The translations under genes and the position numbers were made by a program. Positions 27,350 to 40,483 of a stretch of 64,000 nt of DNA are shown piece after piece (position 1 is the stretch's first letter; every line of letters starts with the position of its first letter). The DNA is from Prorocentrum cordatum (taxonomy: Eukaryota). The DNA lies in NCBI GenBank assembly GCA_963575745.1, contig CAUYUJ010000001.1, positions 1,178,001 to 1,242,000 on the forward strand, in the 5' to 3' direction. A model generated the notes under the pieces. The model worked only from the letters and a program-made list of their open reading frames with translations, searched no databases and was not told the origin of the DNA.

Positions 27350-29083
27350 CCATGGCTCCGAAGTCGATTGGCCGCCGTCGCTTGCCCTCCAAGCAGCCCG
27401 CGCCGCGCAAGCTGCCTGTGGAAGGAACACCCTTTCATCGCAAGCAGGTGTGCGCCGCCTCACTCGCCAAGAGTGGATACGACCGCGCCACCCAGGCGTA
27501 CAACTTTCTGGCACAACACCACGCCGACGACCTCCAGGGCGCCTTCAACAAGCATCACGACGACCCAAAAAAAACTGAGCGCCGCCTTGGCGCGCTTGTG
27601 TGCGAATCACGGCATCAGTTAGACCAAGGACCACTACGAACGCACCAAGCAAAAGCGTGAGGGCACCACGAGCGCCCCCAACCGCCAAGCCGCACCGCCC
27701 ACAGGCTGCAGCCGCAACAGCACCATACGTCAGCCTAGACCCTAACGATTGGTCTATACAGGCCACTTCGGCGCCCACCAAAAGTGCCGAGACCACCACC
27801 TACCAGGACGACATTTCTCTTCACGACATCAAAGATAGCGACAAGATCTTGGAGCAAGTGTTGGGACAGGGCTCCCGCCGAGACGTCGCCATGGCTACCA
27901 CCGTCCTTGACCCAATCAACCCTACCTACGTCGGCGCTGGCTTCGCCACCCCTGTGCTTCAGCGAGGACCTAAGCAATCAAACCAGTGCCTACCCATGGC
28001 GGAACGTTGTGGGAGCTCGGCACCCAGGAGGTCCGATGCAAACAAAACGTCGTTCAGGTCCAGTTTGGCCCCGAATATCACGCGGCCTGGACACGTGCCA
28101 CTCTGCACGAGACCGACGCCATAGCTGCCGCACCCTCCCTGCACCAGCCCTTCGAGGACCAGTTTTCGGGAGCCGCCCCGATCAGCGGGGGTCCCAGGCA
28201 ACAGGGCAACAAGGGGGGGGTCGGCGCAGGACCGCGCCAGGGAGAAGAGCACAACGTGCAAGAAAGATTAAAAACGTTGTCAGCCCGACAGCGAATTACA
28301 GGACACCTTCACAACTCTATTACACAACCACTTCCCCACTGTCAAGATCCTCGTGCCCTGCAAAGCCTTCGGGCGCTTCGGCTCGGGATTCGGCCAAACG
28401 GTCCCTAGCAGCCACCCTGGGCGTTGCGCAGCAGGACGCAGTCACCGTGCTACGTTCCTCAGGACTCACGGGGGCCACGTACGAGCCACACAACTTCGGC
28501 GTCAAGACGCCCGCTATGGATCAGTACCAGACAATATGGTACCCAGGCGGCCATACGGTAACGCTCGCCGAAGCCTAAACCACCTCCACTGAGTTGGCGG
28601 GGTACGGCGCCGTGAAGCATGGCAGAATTGGCGCCCTTGGCATCCGAGCACCGCGCGATTCACAGATCGCCCGAAACAGTGCCCTACGAGTACGTGGCAC
28701 CGACGCATCGCTTGCCACAAACCACTACAGGATCATTGGCATAGAACCCAAGTGTGCAACCATTACCCAGGTCAGCAAGGTCCTATCGGCCCCCAAACGG
28801 ACCTGTGAAGTCTACCACACGGCTTGGGACGGGGAAACAGCATCCCATGTTGTTTTCGCCCGCGCCCACACCACCGCCGAACGCCACAGTGAAGGTCCAG
28901 CAGTGCACCGTACCATGGACTCTCGTTGGAGCACCTCTCACTGGCGCAGCCACTAGGAAACCGCACCACCACATAGTTTTGCCCACTATTACCCGCGACG
29001 TCCACTCTCACGAGTCCCCCAAGGGAAGCGACCCCAGCCCTTCCCCGCAGACTCTTATAGAGAAAGCGGCCAACCGCCGCTAA
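27350..29083 (+). pseudogene. Decayed LINE ORF1-like protein
   Basis: A/C-rich frameshifted ORF with LDPNDW, VLRSSGLTGATYEP, ALGIRAP, YRIIGIEP, HVVFARA. It resembles algal LINE ORF1 by eye. Confidence 0.45.
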
Positions 29084-29155
29084 GCATGATAATGCATGTA
29101 TACAGAAGGATAAATAAGTAGTATGCCGACAGAAAGTAAGATCGATATACCGATA

Positions 29156-31260
29156 GGACCACCCTACGGGTGATAAGGAGGTTTGGGGGGGAAGGAGGAG
29201 GCGGTCGATGTGCGATGACTCGCACTTGCCGCCACCAAAGAGTCCGCGGGAAAATCATCGGGACGGCCATTGGGACAACCATCGGGACAACGTTCGGGAC
29301 AACCATTGGGACAACCATCGGGACAACCATCTGGACAACCATCGGGACAGCCATTGGGGCAACCATCGGGGCAACCATCGAGACAATCATCGGGACAAGC
29401 ATCGGGACAAGCATCGGGACAAGCATCGGGACAACCATCGGGACAACCATCGGGACAACCATCGGGACAACCATGGGGACAGCCATCAGGACAACCATCG
29501 GGATAGCCATCGGGACAACCATCAGGACAACCATCGGGACAACCATCGGGACAACCATCAGGATAACCGTCGGGACAAACATCCGGACAACCACCAGGAC
29601 ATCCATCGGGTCAAACATCGGTACGACCGGCGGGACAACCCGGGAGCCACCAGAAGCCACGATTTGGTTAAGGGGCGGTGGATTTGGGATTCGACCCAGC
29701 TCTAACAACGGCAGGGAAAACCATCGGGACAACCATCGAGACAACCATCGGGATAACCATCGGGACAACCACCGCGACAACCGTCGGGACAACCATCGGG
29801 ACAAACATCGGGACAACCGTCGGGACAACCGTCGGGGACAACCACTATCCATCGCGACAACCATCGGGACAACAATGGGGACAGCCATCGGGACAACCAT
29901 CGGGACATCCATCGGGACAGCCATTGGGGCAACCATCGGGGCAACCATCGAGACAACCATCGGGACAACCATCGGGACAACCATCGGGACAACCATCGGG
30001 ACAACCATCGGGACAGCCATCAGGACAACCATCGGGATAGACATCAGGACAAGCATCGGGACAAGCATCGGGACAAGCATCGGGACAACCATCGGGATAA
30101 CCGTCGGGACATCCGCGGAACAACCATCGGGACAACCACGGGACAACCACGGGACAACCGCGGGACAACCACGGGACAACTGCGGGACAACCACGGGACA
30201 CGCGCCCGCCCAGGGGGGGAGGAGGCGGCCCTTTGGGCTCCATCCACATGGCCTCTACCAGTGCAGGAACCCGCGCAGCTTCGCCTCGCACGCACGACAC
30301 GAACCGAAACCGAAGCCGATTTCCCGGTTGGGTTCACTTCCGCTCACACCCCCCCAATTTCCGATAGATAGTGAGCTCGATTGTGTGAGCGATATGAAGA
30401 TACATCGATGGATCGGCAAATAGATTGATAGTGCGAAAGATAGGGGTTGTTCGGTGGATGGAAACGGTTGCACCGATGGTTGTCCCGTCGTTGGTTCCAC
30501 AAACTCGCACAATGTCTTTATCGGTCGTTTCTCGGGCTTCGTAGGTGTCTATGTATGTATGCATGTGTATGTAGATGTGTATATATAATGATCGCACTGC
30601 TGATATATGGATAGAATTTCCGTACTGCGCACATACCAGTCGATCGCGTTACCTACTGGTGACAATTGTATCGTCCGTCCCCACGATAATCCAAACGTCT
30701 TGCACCACTAACTATCACTCTCACTGTCTACCAATCGACCTCACCATCAATCTACCTGTCGGTCTCCCTATCTATGTATTGGGACAACAATGGGGACAAC
30801 CATTAGGAAAAGCTATCGGGACAACCACAGGGGCAGCCAACGGGAAAAGAATCGTGACAACCATCGGCACAACCGTCGGGACAAACATCGGGACAACCAT
30901 CGGGACAACCGTCAGGGCAAACATCTGGACAATCATTTGGATACCCATCGAGACTGACATCGGGACAACCATCGAGACAACAATCGGGACAATCATCGGG
31001 ACAACCATGGGGACAGCCATCAGGACAGCCATCGGGACAACCATCGGGATAACCGTCGGGACAAATATCCGGACAACCATCAGGACATCCATCGGGTCAA
31101 ACATCGGTACAACCAGCGGGACAACCCGGGAGCCATCAGAAGCCACGATGTGATTAAGGGGCGGTGAATTTGGGATTCGACCCAGCTCTAACAAGGGCAG
31201 GGATTCGGGCGGCGTGGTCTTGCCCGCATGCACGACACGAACGAAACGAAAGGATTTTGT
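29156..31260 (+). repeat. Minisatellite-bearing element with (GGGACAACCATC)n arrays and an internal duplication
   Basis: 12-bp unit arrays at ~29250-30200 and ~30780-31130. The block ending GGGATTCGACCCAGCTCTAACAA occurs at ~29600-29710 and ~31085-31195. Confidence 0.9.
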
Positions 31261-31442
31261 GGTTGAGGCACCTCACGTTTCATGTCGGTCTCACTCTCCA
31301 ACCTCTGATGTATGGATTCCGTTTTGTTGTCTCTCTCTCTCTCTCTCTATCTTTCTCCTTCTCTCTCTCTCTTTTTCTGTCTCTCTTTCTCTCTCTCTAT
31401 CTCTCTCTCTGTCTCTCTTTATATATATATATATATATATAT

Positions 31443-31481
<39 letters not shown>

Positions 31482-32104
31482 GACATGCACATGCACACGT
31501 ATATGTATCCATAACTCTCTCTTTCGGGGGGGGATGGAGGTCCCCGGCACCTTACCCCAACCTACCAGGCGACCCCAGAGCAGACGGTGGGGGTAGGTGC
31601 CAAACCACCGCGAATTTGGCCAGCCGGTGGGCCGCCAACGCAGACAGCCGCCTTGAGCGAAAGTCCGCGCGAGCAAAGAGAAGGCGGAGCAAGCTGGGCA
31701 GGGGGGAGGAGGAGGCAGAGGAGGAGGAGGAGGAGGAGGAGGAGGAGGGGGGGAGAGGCGCGGGGCGCGCGCGCGCTGCGGCAGGAACGGCCTGGCAAGG
31801 GGGGGAGGAAGAAGGAAAGGGTGCCAGAGGCGGGGTCGGTCGGTGGGCGGCGGTCGTCGTGGTGGTCGTAGTGGTCGTGGTGGTGGGTGGGAGTGTTGTT
31901 GGTGGTCGTGGTGGTCGTGGTGGTCGTAGTGGCCAGGGTAGCGCTGGTCGTGGAGGCGGTCGTCGTAGTTGCCGTGGTGGTCGTGGTGGTGGTAGTTCTC
32001 GTGGTCGTCGTACTGATGGCGGTGGTGGTCGCGTCGGAGCCAGTCGTGGTCGTCTTAGTGGCTGTGCTGGTCGTGGCGTGGGTGGTTGGAGGGCTGTTTG
32101 GTTG

Positions 32105-32780
32105 CTCGCGCCGCACTAAGCAGCATCTCCGCGCTGCCCAACGCCAAGCAGCGCTGGATCTTCCTCCAGGTGGTGGAAGTCACGCCTGACCGCTCGGCCT
32201 CTGGTAGATCCCGGCCGTAAGAGCGGACGAAGGCGACCAACCAGCCGGCCCCCAGATTCCAAGATGGTTTTGGATGGGCTCTCCCCCGGTCGGAGGGTAG
32301 CGCGCCTGCTTCTTGTCGACCGCCTGGGCCGCCGCCACCCCGTCCGTGCGGTCCTTGGCCTGCCTGCGAGCGTCATTGTCGCTGTATTCGCAGGTGACAG
32401 ACCAGTCCACGTAGGCCAGGGGGTTGGTGGCGGGGTCGTGCATGGCCACATCGAAAATAACCTCCTCCCACACGCCAGTGTCGGGTTTGTGGCGATCCCG
32501 AGCGGAGACTCGCTGCTCGGTCGTGGCCCTGAGGCCCGTCTGAGCGTAGTGCGAAGGCGCGCTCCAGTTCGCGCATGGAGTTGTGCTTGTAGTCCCTGCC
32601 GTCCCCGCACCCGCACTTCTGGGCGTGGCAGCCTTTGGCGCCCAGCGCCTCCCAGCAGAGCGAGCCGTCCTGTCTGCGTTGCTGGCAGCACGAGGCGCAC
32701 ACGTCGCAGCAGAGACGCGTGCGAAGCTTGGCCAGGAAGTGGTCGTCTGGCAGGGGCGCGTCGCCCTCCTCCCGCGGCAG
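32105..32780 (-). mobile_element. 3' end of an RLE-type (CRE/R2-like) non-LTR retrotransposon
   Basis: GCHAQKCGCGDGRDYKHN (CCHC + RHN), EEVIFDV..AYVDWSVT, AVDKKQARYP, IQRCLALGSAEML. Confidence 0.7.
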
Positions 32781-32804
32781 GAGCCAGGCCCCTGTTCCTG
32801 TCGT

Positions 32805-32813
32805 TCTCTCTCC

Positions 32814-32844
<31 letters not shown>

Positions 32845-32870
32845 TCCCTCTCTCTCTCTCTCTCCCTCTT

Positions 32871-32941
<71 letters not shown>

Positions 32942-32964
32942 TTTTCTCTCTCTCCGTCTCTTTT

Positions 32965-33011
<47 letters not shown>

Positions 33012-33025
33012 GTACCTCTGTCTCT

Positions 33026-33102
<77 letters not shown>

Positions 33103-33130
33103 GTATATGTATATATATATATGTATTATA
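32805..33130. repeat. (CT)n/(AT)n microsatellite; similar tracts at 26960-27205 and 31330-31480
   Basis: Directly visible. Confidence 0.95.
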
Positions 33131-35729
33131 TGTTCTCTCCTCCCCATTTTTTCTACTTCTTCCCCTTTCTCCCCCGCGACCAGGCAATCCTTTTAAGCGA
33201 GGCCAACACGGCATCATCATAGCATATTTATTTGCAGAGAATGATCGACAACATGTGTGAGTGCTGAGCAGTGGTTGGGGTATGTGGTGGTGTGCTGGTG
33301 TTGCCTAGCTTGGCCGCGAAACCGCGAACAGGCTGGCACACTATTTTCCGCATGCTCGCATAGCCCAGCATCTTTGAATATAGGCTAGAAATCCGAGCTG
33401 AGCAAGCCTTACATATGTCAAGCCGTTCTCGCGTGCAACCGCGCGGTCGCACGAACTGACAACATATCCCCACTTGCTTTGTGAATTATCCCCTCGTGCA
33501 GGGCCCTCCGTACCAGTCTCAGGTCCCCAAACGCTGTAGATGGAAAGTTGCAGAATCGCAACGACAATTGCTCCGCCCGAGCTAGCCAGCGCGCGTGCGA
33601 CTTGAGATGGATTCGCGCGAGCGGAAACCCTTGGTCCGATAAGACATGAAGGGTGTGTGCGTGGCGCCGCCAGGCAACTATGCTGTCTCGAGGAGCACCC
33701 TTGACTAGAAGGAAAAGCCGGTTCGATTCCTTGGCACGGAGTGGGCGGCATTTCCGTTTTCTTTTCCGCTCCCGTTCTGTGCCACAGCAGTGAGGGTCGG
33801 TGAAGGCGCGTTGCCAGCAACGCAAACTCAGATATCTAGCGGCTCGTCAACATCGATACGGCCGTTCATGCACTGTTGATTGTTTATGGGGGTCGGTTTT
33901 CGCACCCCGGGACCACACCCCCAAGATCAGGTTTTTCGGCTGAGTGTAGTTGTCGGTCATGTGTTTGCCGATGCAGCCATTCGGGGACGCCACGCGCCGA
34001 CGCGCACACATGCAAGTGTTAAACTCGTGCAAAATCCACGTTGGATGCGCAGCCACGCGCGATGTTCACTTATACGTTGCTTCATGGCTCCTGTGCTTCA
34101 AAAGAGATGTATACGACCCCATTCCTTTTCGGGCGGCGCTTCCCACATCATGTGATAACTCGTTTCTGATGTTTCGTATTGCGCCTTCCTGAATTTGGAT
34201 TGCCTCCCCTGGGTTTTCGGGCAAGGCGTTTCCATTCAGACATCAGGAGGAAGCTCTGAATGTCCTATGAACCCAGTCTGGATTCTTGACGCTTCACGTA
34301 CTTATCCCCGCCAGCCAATCCAGAATTGTTGCCCACGCGCGTTGTATCAGAAGCATCGTGGAGGCCTCCTGGTGCCATCTTGGAAGGAAGGGAAAGAGGA
34401 GGAGGAGCAGCAAGGGGAGAAGTACGAGGAGGAAAAAAAGGAGGAATAGCAGAGGGAGGACGCCTTCACTGATCTTTTGCTGTTGCAGTATAGTGGAGGC
34501 GTCTTAGTGCCATCTTGGGACCTTCTTGGACGAAGTTCGGCCCCCTCCTGGGGCCCTTTGGGGCCCTTTTGGGGCTCTCTTGGGCCTCCTTGGGGACTCC
34601 TGGGCTCTCTCGGGGCGATCTTCAGCCCCATGACTCACAAGGAGGAGGTCCTCACTTCGTCCTCCCCTCCCTCCCCCAGCACCCCCCACTTCTTTCGGAA
34701 GGTGAAACATCGGCTCTTGGCATGGAGCGCTAGTGGGGGCCTATTGTAGGCATCTTGGGCCGTCTTGGTGCAATATGAGCAGGGCTGCGTTCCTGAACCA
34801 TCTTGGGGAGACCTTGAGGCCTCAGAGGCACGTCGGGAGAGAAAAGCGGCGGAGAATGCAGCAATAATTTCCTGTCCAAAGGTGTTGATCAGACTTGGGA
34901 GTCTTGCGAGTATCTTTGGAAGGCGTCGTGGCCATTGGGAGCCGTCTTGGGGGCCTTGGGGCCTCGTGGATGCATCGTGGAGGCCATCTTGGGATACCTT
35001 GGGCCAGCCATCGTGGAGGCCATCTGTGGCTCTGTGATGCCATCTTGAATCGAACTCGTCGCTCCCCCTCCCCCGTCCAGACCCAGGGAGGAAGAACAGG
35101 GAGGGGCAACCCCATCCCCGAAGGTGGAGCAGTCGGTTGGAAGAGGAAGCGCTCTAGGCCACCTCAGTTCAGAGGGCTGGTGGGATTTCAGGTGTGGTGG
35201 CGCCGTGTGGAAGCAACGCCTGGGTTGTGTGCCATTGCCTTCAGTACGGTCAGTGTCCATGGTAGCTTGTTCGCGCGGGCGCAGTACAGGCTAGGAAAAT
35301 ACTTACCCAATTTAGCCGGAGCCGCTGATGCGTGAAGTCCCGATGATTCCTTGGACGTGGCGCGCTGCGCGTTCAATTGTCGCAACTTCCCCGCGCCCTT
35401 TGGAATCCGCTGGGTGCTGGCACGCGCAGATCCTGATGGTACTTTGCCGTCCCAAGGCGGTGGGAAGCGTGGAACCGTGGCCGCGGTCCTACCCCCTGAT
35501 TGGAGGCAATGTTGGCTCTCGTCCTTCTCCTCTTTGTTATCCCTTTCTTCTCCCCGTTCATCTCCTTCTCTTCAGTTTCCTCGGCGAAAGTACGGCGAAG
35601 CTGCGGTCGGGGCGTTCGTGAAGGAATGTGCCTAGGAGGCTTCAGACACTGAAGAATTCCTTATAGGATGAAGGCGGCGGTGGTGATCATGGCCAGGCTT
35701 CAATTGGGGCTCCTGGATTCAAGGGTTGC

Positions 35730-35934
35730 TGATGTAAGGGTTGTTTATCCAATGCCCTCATCGTATTTTCCCCCCCACCCACTCTGGACGGAGGCTTAAG
35801 GCGAACAAAACGAGCTATCCGCTGCCATTGTGGTTCACAGCGGCGCGCAGCAGTATTTGCCTAATACGGACTCTGTTGATTATGCGTCTGCGGAGGCGTA
35901 GTCTATGGTTCGGCGTACCATATTGCTTTCGACT
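35730..35934 (+). repeat. 5' LTR of the Copia element (left boundary approximate)
   Basis: Shares GACGGAGG.TTAAG.CGA.CAAA.CGAGCTATCCGCTGCC.TTG.GGTTCACAGCGG.GCGCAGCAG and TACCATATTGCTTTCGACT with 50513-50824. Confidence 0.8.
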
Positions 35935-35949
35935 TGGTAGCGGAGCTGG
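35935..35949 (+). promoter_or_regulatory. Primer-binding site, probably for initiator tRNA-Met
   Basis: TGGTAGCGGAGCTGG starts immediately after the 5' LTR. TGGTAGC is complementary to the 3' end of eukaryotic tRNAiMet. Confidence 0.7.
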
Positions 35950-38900
35950 CCTCACTACCGTGCGACTGGCTCTGATCTGAATACCGGTATTCCACGGCAC
36001 AGCTTGGTGGACGAGTGGCATGGTGGTTCCGATTGCGCCCACGCCCTTCCGCTGAACGGAGCGAGGCCACTGGCTTACCTGTGACGATACACCAGTCGAC
36101 AGACACATCGACCATTGCGCGTCCGCCACGGTTATACGCCCTTACGTTCCTCATCATTGCCAACAGCTAGTTGGCAACAAGTTTTACTACAAGGTCATCC
36201 TACGTGACTCGACGCCGCCGCGCGGACTGTCGCCGACACCCATCCGAAAGCTGACGACCACGTCAGCCCCAGAAAAGCCAGGCCATCACATCCATGACAC
36301 CCTTAGCATCATATGGACATGCGTCCATTATGCAGTTGGGTACATGCAGCGCGGACGAGATGGTACCCGTACCCGAGGTCCCTCCTGGGACACTGCAGGC
36401 AAGATACCGTTTCGCGAGTTCCTCTGCGAAATTCATTCGAGTTGAACGTGACCAGCGGCACAAGGACACCACCCCAATAAGCCGCCGCACTACAACGCGG
36501 TCTGAATCGTCTCGCCAGGATAATTGCGATGAGAGTGCCGTCCCACATCTTCAACGACGGGGTGACTAATCGAGACCAACACACCGACGGAGTAACCTGC
36601 ATCATGTTCCTCCTGAGCTTAAACTTCGAAGAATTAGAGGACGACTAGAGGACGACGACAACTGATGTCTGGAAGGACACTCATCGGGCTCCGCGTTGAG
36701 CGCGTGCAGCGAATCGATGCGGTCTTAGCCCTCTTCGAGATGGCCAAGCTGGAAGCTGATTAAGCCAGATTCACCTTTCCCAACTTCCAGATCCTGGCGA
36801 TCATCCGATTTCGGGTCCTAGGAGTCGACACCTCCAGGCCCTCACAGCTCCTACAGCCGCTCAACCACCAGATGCCCCGTTACCAACAACAGTATGATCA
36901 ATCATTTGAGCGCGAGCGCAGCTATGGACACTTAGCTGAACTCGCCCCTGGTCATTTTGGCGGCATCTTCAATGGACGTGGAAACGATGCAAGTTCATTC
37001 CACGCCACCAAAGTCGACACCCAGGCCGGTGCATGGACACCTGCAAGTGACAGCATCTGCGGGGACACAGACACCTCAGAAGCCACAGCTTTATTAGGCC
37101 AAGAAACGGGCGTCGCGCCAACTAGTGGCGCCACCGGGTCACAGCTGCCACAAGAGGCTTACACTCCACCGTCAAACCCAGCAACCACCATTCGGGGAGA
37201 GGCTGGAAAGACCGGTTCGCCCATCAACTCTGGCACCGACCCCGACACCGTCTCATCATCAGGTATTGCAGATACACCACGGGCAGACGCACCAGTTAAT
37301 TTCACTAACGAGCAGACTGCTAAAAATTTAGTTCTAAGATATCAACCTGCTAAGCGTCGCTGGAGACGATATGCCGAGAAACCCGTCAGACGCGTCAGGC
37401 GTGCAATGCGAAGAGTATTCCACAACAAGGGAAAGGAACGAGGCAGGGGTAGGGGACGGAGGAGACTGCATCGCTTTTGTGTCGTTACGTCGTTAATGGC
37501 ATCTCTCATTGGCTACAAGTTGAAGAACCATTCGCTGGCAAGGGAAAGGGCAAGGGACGCCGACCCACTTCAGGAAAAAAGCCAGGGGCGAAAGGCGAAC
37601 CCCGTGAGACGACACGGGAACTGCATAAAGCGCAGCGCACGCGATAGCACTAACCGTTTCCAGGCCCAGTGCCCAAAAGGCTAGAGAAAGACGGCGACTC
37701 CGCACATCTCGCCTCAGAGCATACTGAGTTCGATTCACCAGCGGCGGCGTCGACGACAACCTGGTTCCTGATGGCTCGCTTCGCTGATGGATCCGCGGGA
37801 GTCGAGCAGTGCGCCAACAACCTCTTCGACGAGCTATACAGCCACGAGGGGGAAGCCACTCAATTCCAGGACTGGCCGTGCAACCCAATGCCCCGCACAA
37901 CAACACGCTGGAGGATAGCAACATCGAGATCATGGACGACGACGAGAAGGCGGGCGCTACCCCCGAGGCCGAGATTATCCTAGCCGTTCAAGACGAGCTC
38001 CATGCCCGCTCACACGGACACGTGCCAAGTAGCGAGGTGACGGATCACGTGCTCGGCCATGGGCCAGCCCCGACGGCCACCGGTTTCATCGCCGAGGGGC
38101 TGACAGCCATCGGCTGGGGCAGCTCCACAACTACTGCCTTCGCTGCTGCGGCGCAATGGGCCGGCCCTCCTTAAGACCACACTAGCAAGGGCCAGGGCAA
38201 TGGCAAGTACCGCGACGGCCGAGGCCGAATGGTCGCCCCCGAGGACCACGCGCGCCGGCATTGAACCGGCGGCCGGTGCGAGCAGGACATCAAGCAACAA
38301 ACATTTGGCTCGCGAAGACGATGGCCGCATCATCCGAGACACCCGCCACAGCCGCACTGAGGACACAAACATGCGGAGGATGGCCAAGCGCGAGTGGATA
38401 GCGGACACACACGTACACAAAATTACCGAGTCTGCTGTTGCAAGATCCTTCAGAACCACAAGCCCGGCCGCCCGTTCGACGGGCCGTCGCGATCGCCGCG
38501 CCACGCGGCGACCCCGTGAAAATTCACGACCATTGCGATGGGTGCGGCGGCCCAGCTCAGCCCGCCCCCGATCGTCGGCAGCCCGTGGAGGACGCGGCCA
38601 TCACCGCGGCCCAGGACAGATGCGCTGACCTCGACCGATCCAAGTCAATCGCCGGCAGGGCGGCTGACATCCTGGGCCCATCACAACCAACGCCTGAGGA
38701 TCATGTGCCCGCGCGGTCCGACGCTTGTCAAACAGGCACTGCCCATCGCACGGGGCGGGCCCCAGGGTCGCGCCCAGGCGGCCTCGGCGCCCACGTCGGG
38801 AAAGCCAGGGCAGCGCCCCCCCCCTGGAGAGCCGCCGACGATGATGCGGCTACCGACTTCGCCAAGAACATCGGTGCCGAATCACGACCACAAGAGCCAG

Positions 38901-39169
38901 ACTTCCGCAGGTCCGACGCGTCCGGGCATCAGCAACAGCTGCATGCGGGGCCACTGGCAAGGACGCGCGCCTCGGCGCCAACTCGGCCCCAGCCACCACG
39001 CAGGTCGACCGAGCGGCCACGGTCTCGCCGATGAATGACGCCGATGGGCGAGTCATGCGACACGGAGCGGATTGCCCAGGCCAGGCCATTGGCGAGGACT
39101 CTTCATCAACACGGCCACGCGCCGAGGAACCGATCGAGACTCTCGATGGCGACATATGCAACGCACATG

Positions 39170-39170
39170 C

Positions 39171-39252
<82 letters not shown>

Positions 39253-39388
39253 ATAGAGAGAGATATAGAACAAAAAATAAATAGAAGGAGAAACCAAGAG
39301 AGAGAGAGAGAGGAACAACAACAAAAAAAAAAACAAAAAAAAAATATAACAAAGAATAATTTTTAATATTATTACATATATTAGAAGA

Positions 39389-39484
<96 letters not shown>

Positions 39485-40310
39485 ATCTGATTTCCCATGT
39501 GTACCATCGGTGCTTCTGCTGCTGCTCCTCCTTCTTCTCCTCCTCGATGTCCTCCTGCTGCTGCTTCTGCTGCTGCTGTTTCTGCTGCTGCTGCGTCTGC
39601 AGCTGCTGCTGCTGCTGCCGCTGCTGCTGCCCCACCTCCCCGTCCTCCTCCTCCTCCTCCTCCTCCTCCTCCTCCTCCTCCTCCTCCTCCTCCTCCTCCT
39701 CCTCCTCCTCCTCCTCCTCCTCCTCCTCCTCCTCCTCCTCCTCCTCCTCCTCCTCCTGTACCTCCTCCTCCTACCTCCCAGCGCACCCCCTGTGGCGTCG
39801 ACGACATGCCACGCCTGCCACGCCCTCGGATCCTGCAGCGCATAGGGCTCCACCCCCAGCGCACCCCTTGCGGCGTCGAGGACATGCCACGCCTGCCACG
39901 CCCTGGGAGCCTACAACGCATGGGGCCCCCACCCCCAGCGCACCCCCTGTGGCGTCGAGGACATAGCCTGCAGCGCATGGGGCCCCCACCCCCAGCGCAC
40001 CCCCTGTGGCGTCGAGGACATGCCACGCCTGCCACGCCCTTGGAGCCTACAACGCATGGGGCCCCCACCCCCAGCGCACCCCCCGTGGCGTCGAGGAAAT
40101 GCCACGCCTGCCACGCCTTGGGAGCCTACAACGCATAGGGCCCCCACCCCCAGCGCACCCCGCTGGTCGAGGAAATGCCACGCCTGCCGAGCTCAGGGAC
40201 CACCCCCTTGCACACCCGCCTTGGTGCGAGAAGGAGAGGGGGAGGGGGGAGGTGTGAGACGCGGGTGCGGCGCGGCAGGGAAGAATACCAGAACCCCACG
40301 AAACATGCGG

Positions 40311-40360
<50 letters not shown>
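39170..40360. repeat. Repeat insertion inside the Copia element: (GA)n, poly(A), (CCT)n and a ~80-bp tandem unit
   Basis: Unit CCCAGCGCACCCCCTGTGGCGTCGAGGACATGCCACGCCTGCCACGCC repeated about five times at 39776-40200. Confidence 0.9.
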
Positions 40361-40362
<2 letters not shown>

Positions 40363-40483
40363 AGCAGCACATTCGCAATGCCCTGCGCTGCCGCGAGCCA
40401 CCATGTCTCCAGGGCTTGGAGAAACAGCCAAAGAGTGACCCGCGGGCAGGCGGCCGCGGCTGTCAGCTCCCACGACAGTCGGA

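Noticed and set aside
29680..29710. GGGATTCGACCC resembling a tRNA T-arm/B-box (also ~31172)
   Set aside because: No cloverleaf could be built; it is part of the minisatellite element.
29055..30423. ORFs of 379-417 aa with GTTI/PMVV repeats; CRISPR-like periodicity
   Set aside because: A head-to-tail 12-bp minisatellite with no unique spacers and no cas genes.
33200..34340. Lower-GC region with short ORFs, possibly a transposase relic
   Set aside because: No motif I could recognise with confidence.
39215..39482. Long poly(A) runs as a retrogene tail
   Set aside because: Embedded in mixed (GA)n low-complexity DNA with no adjacent processed gene; could also be an assembly artefact.
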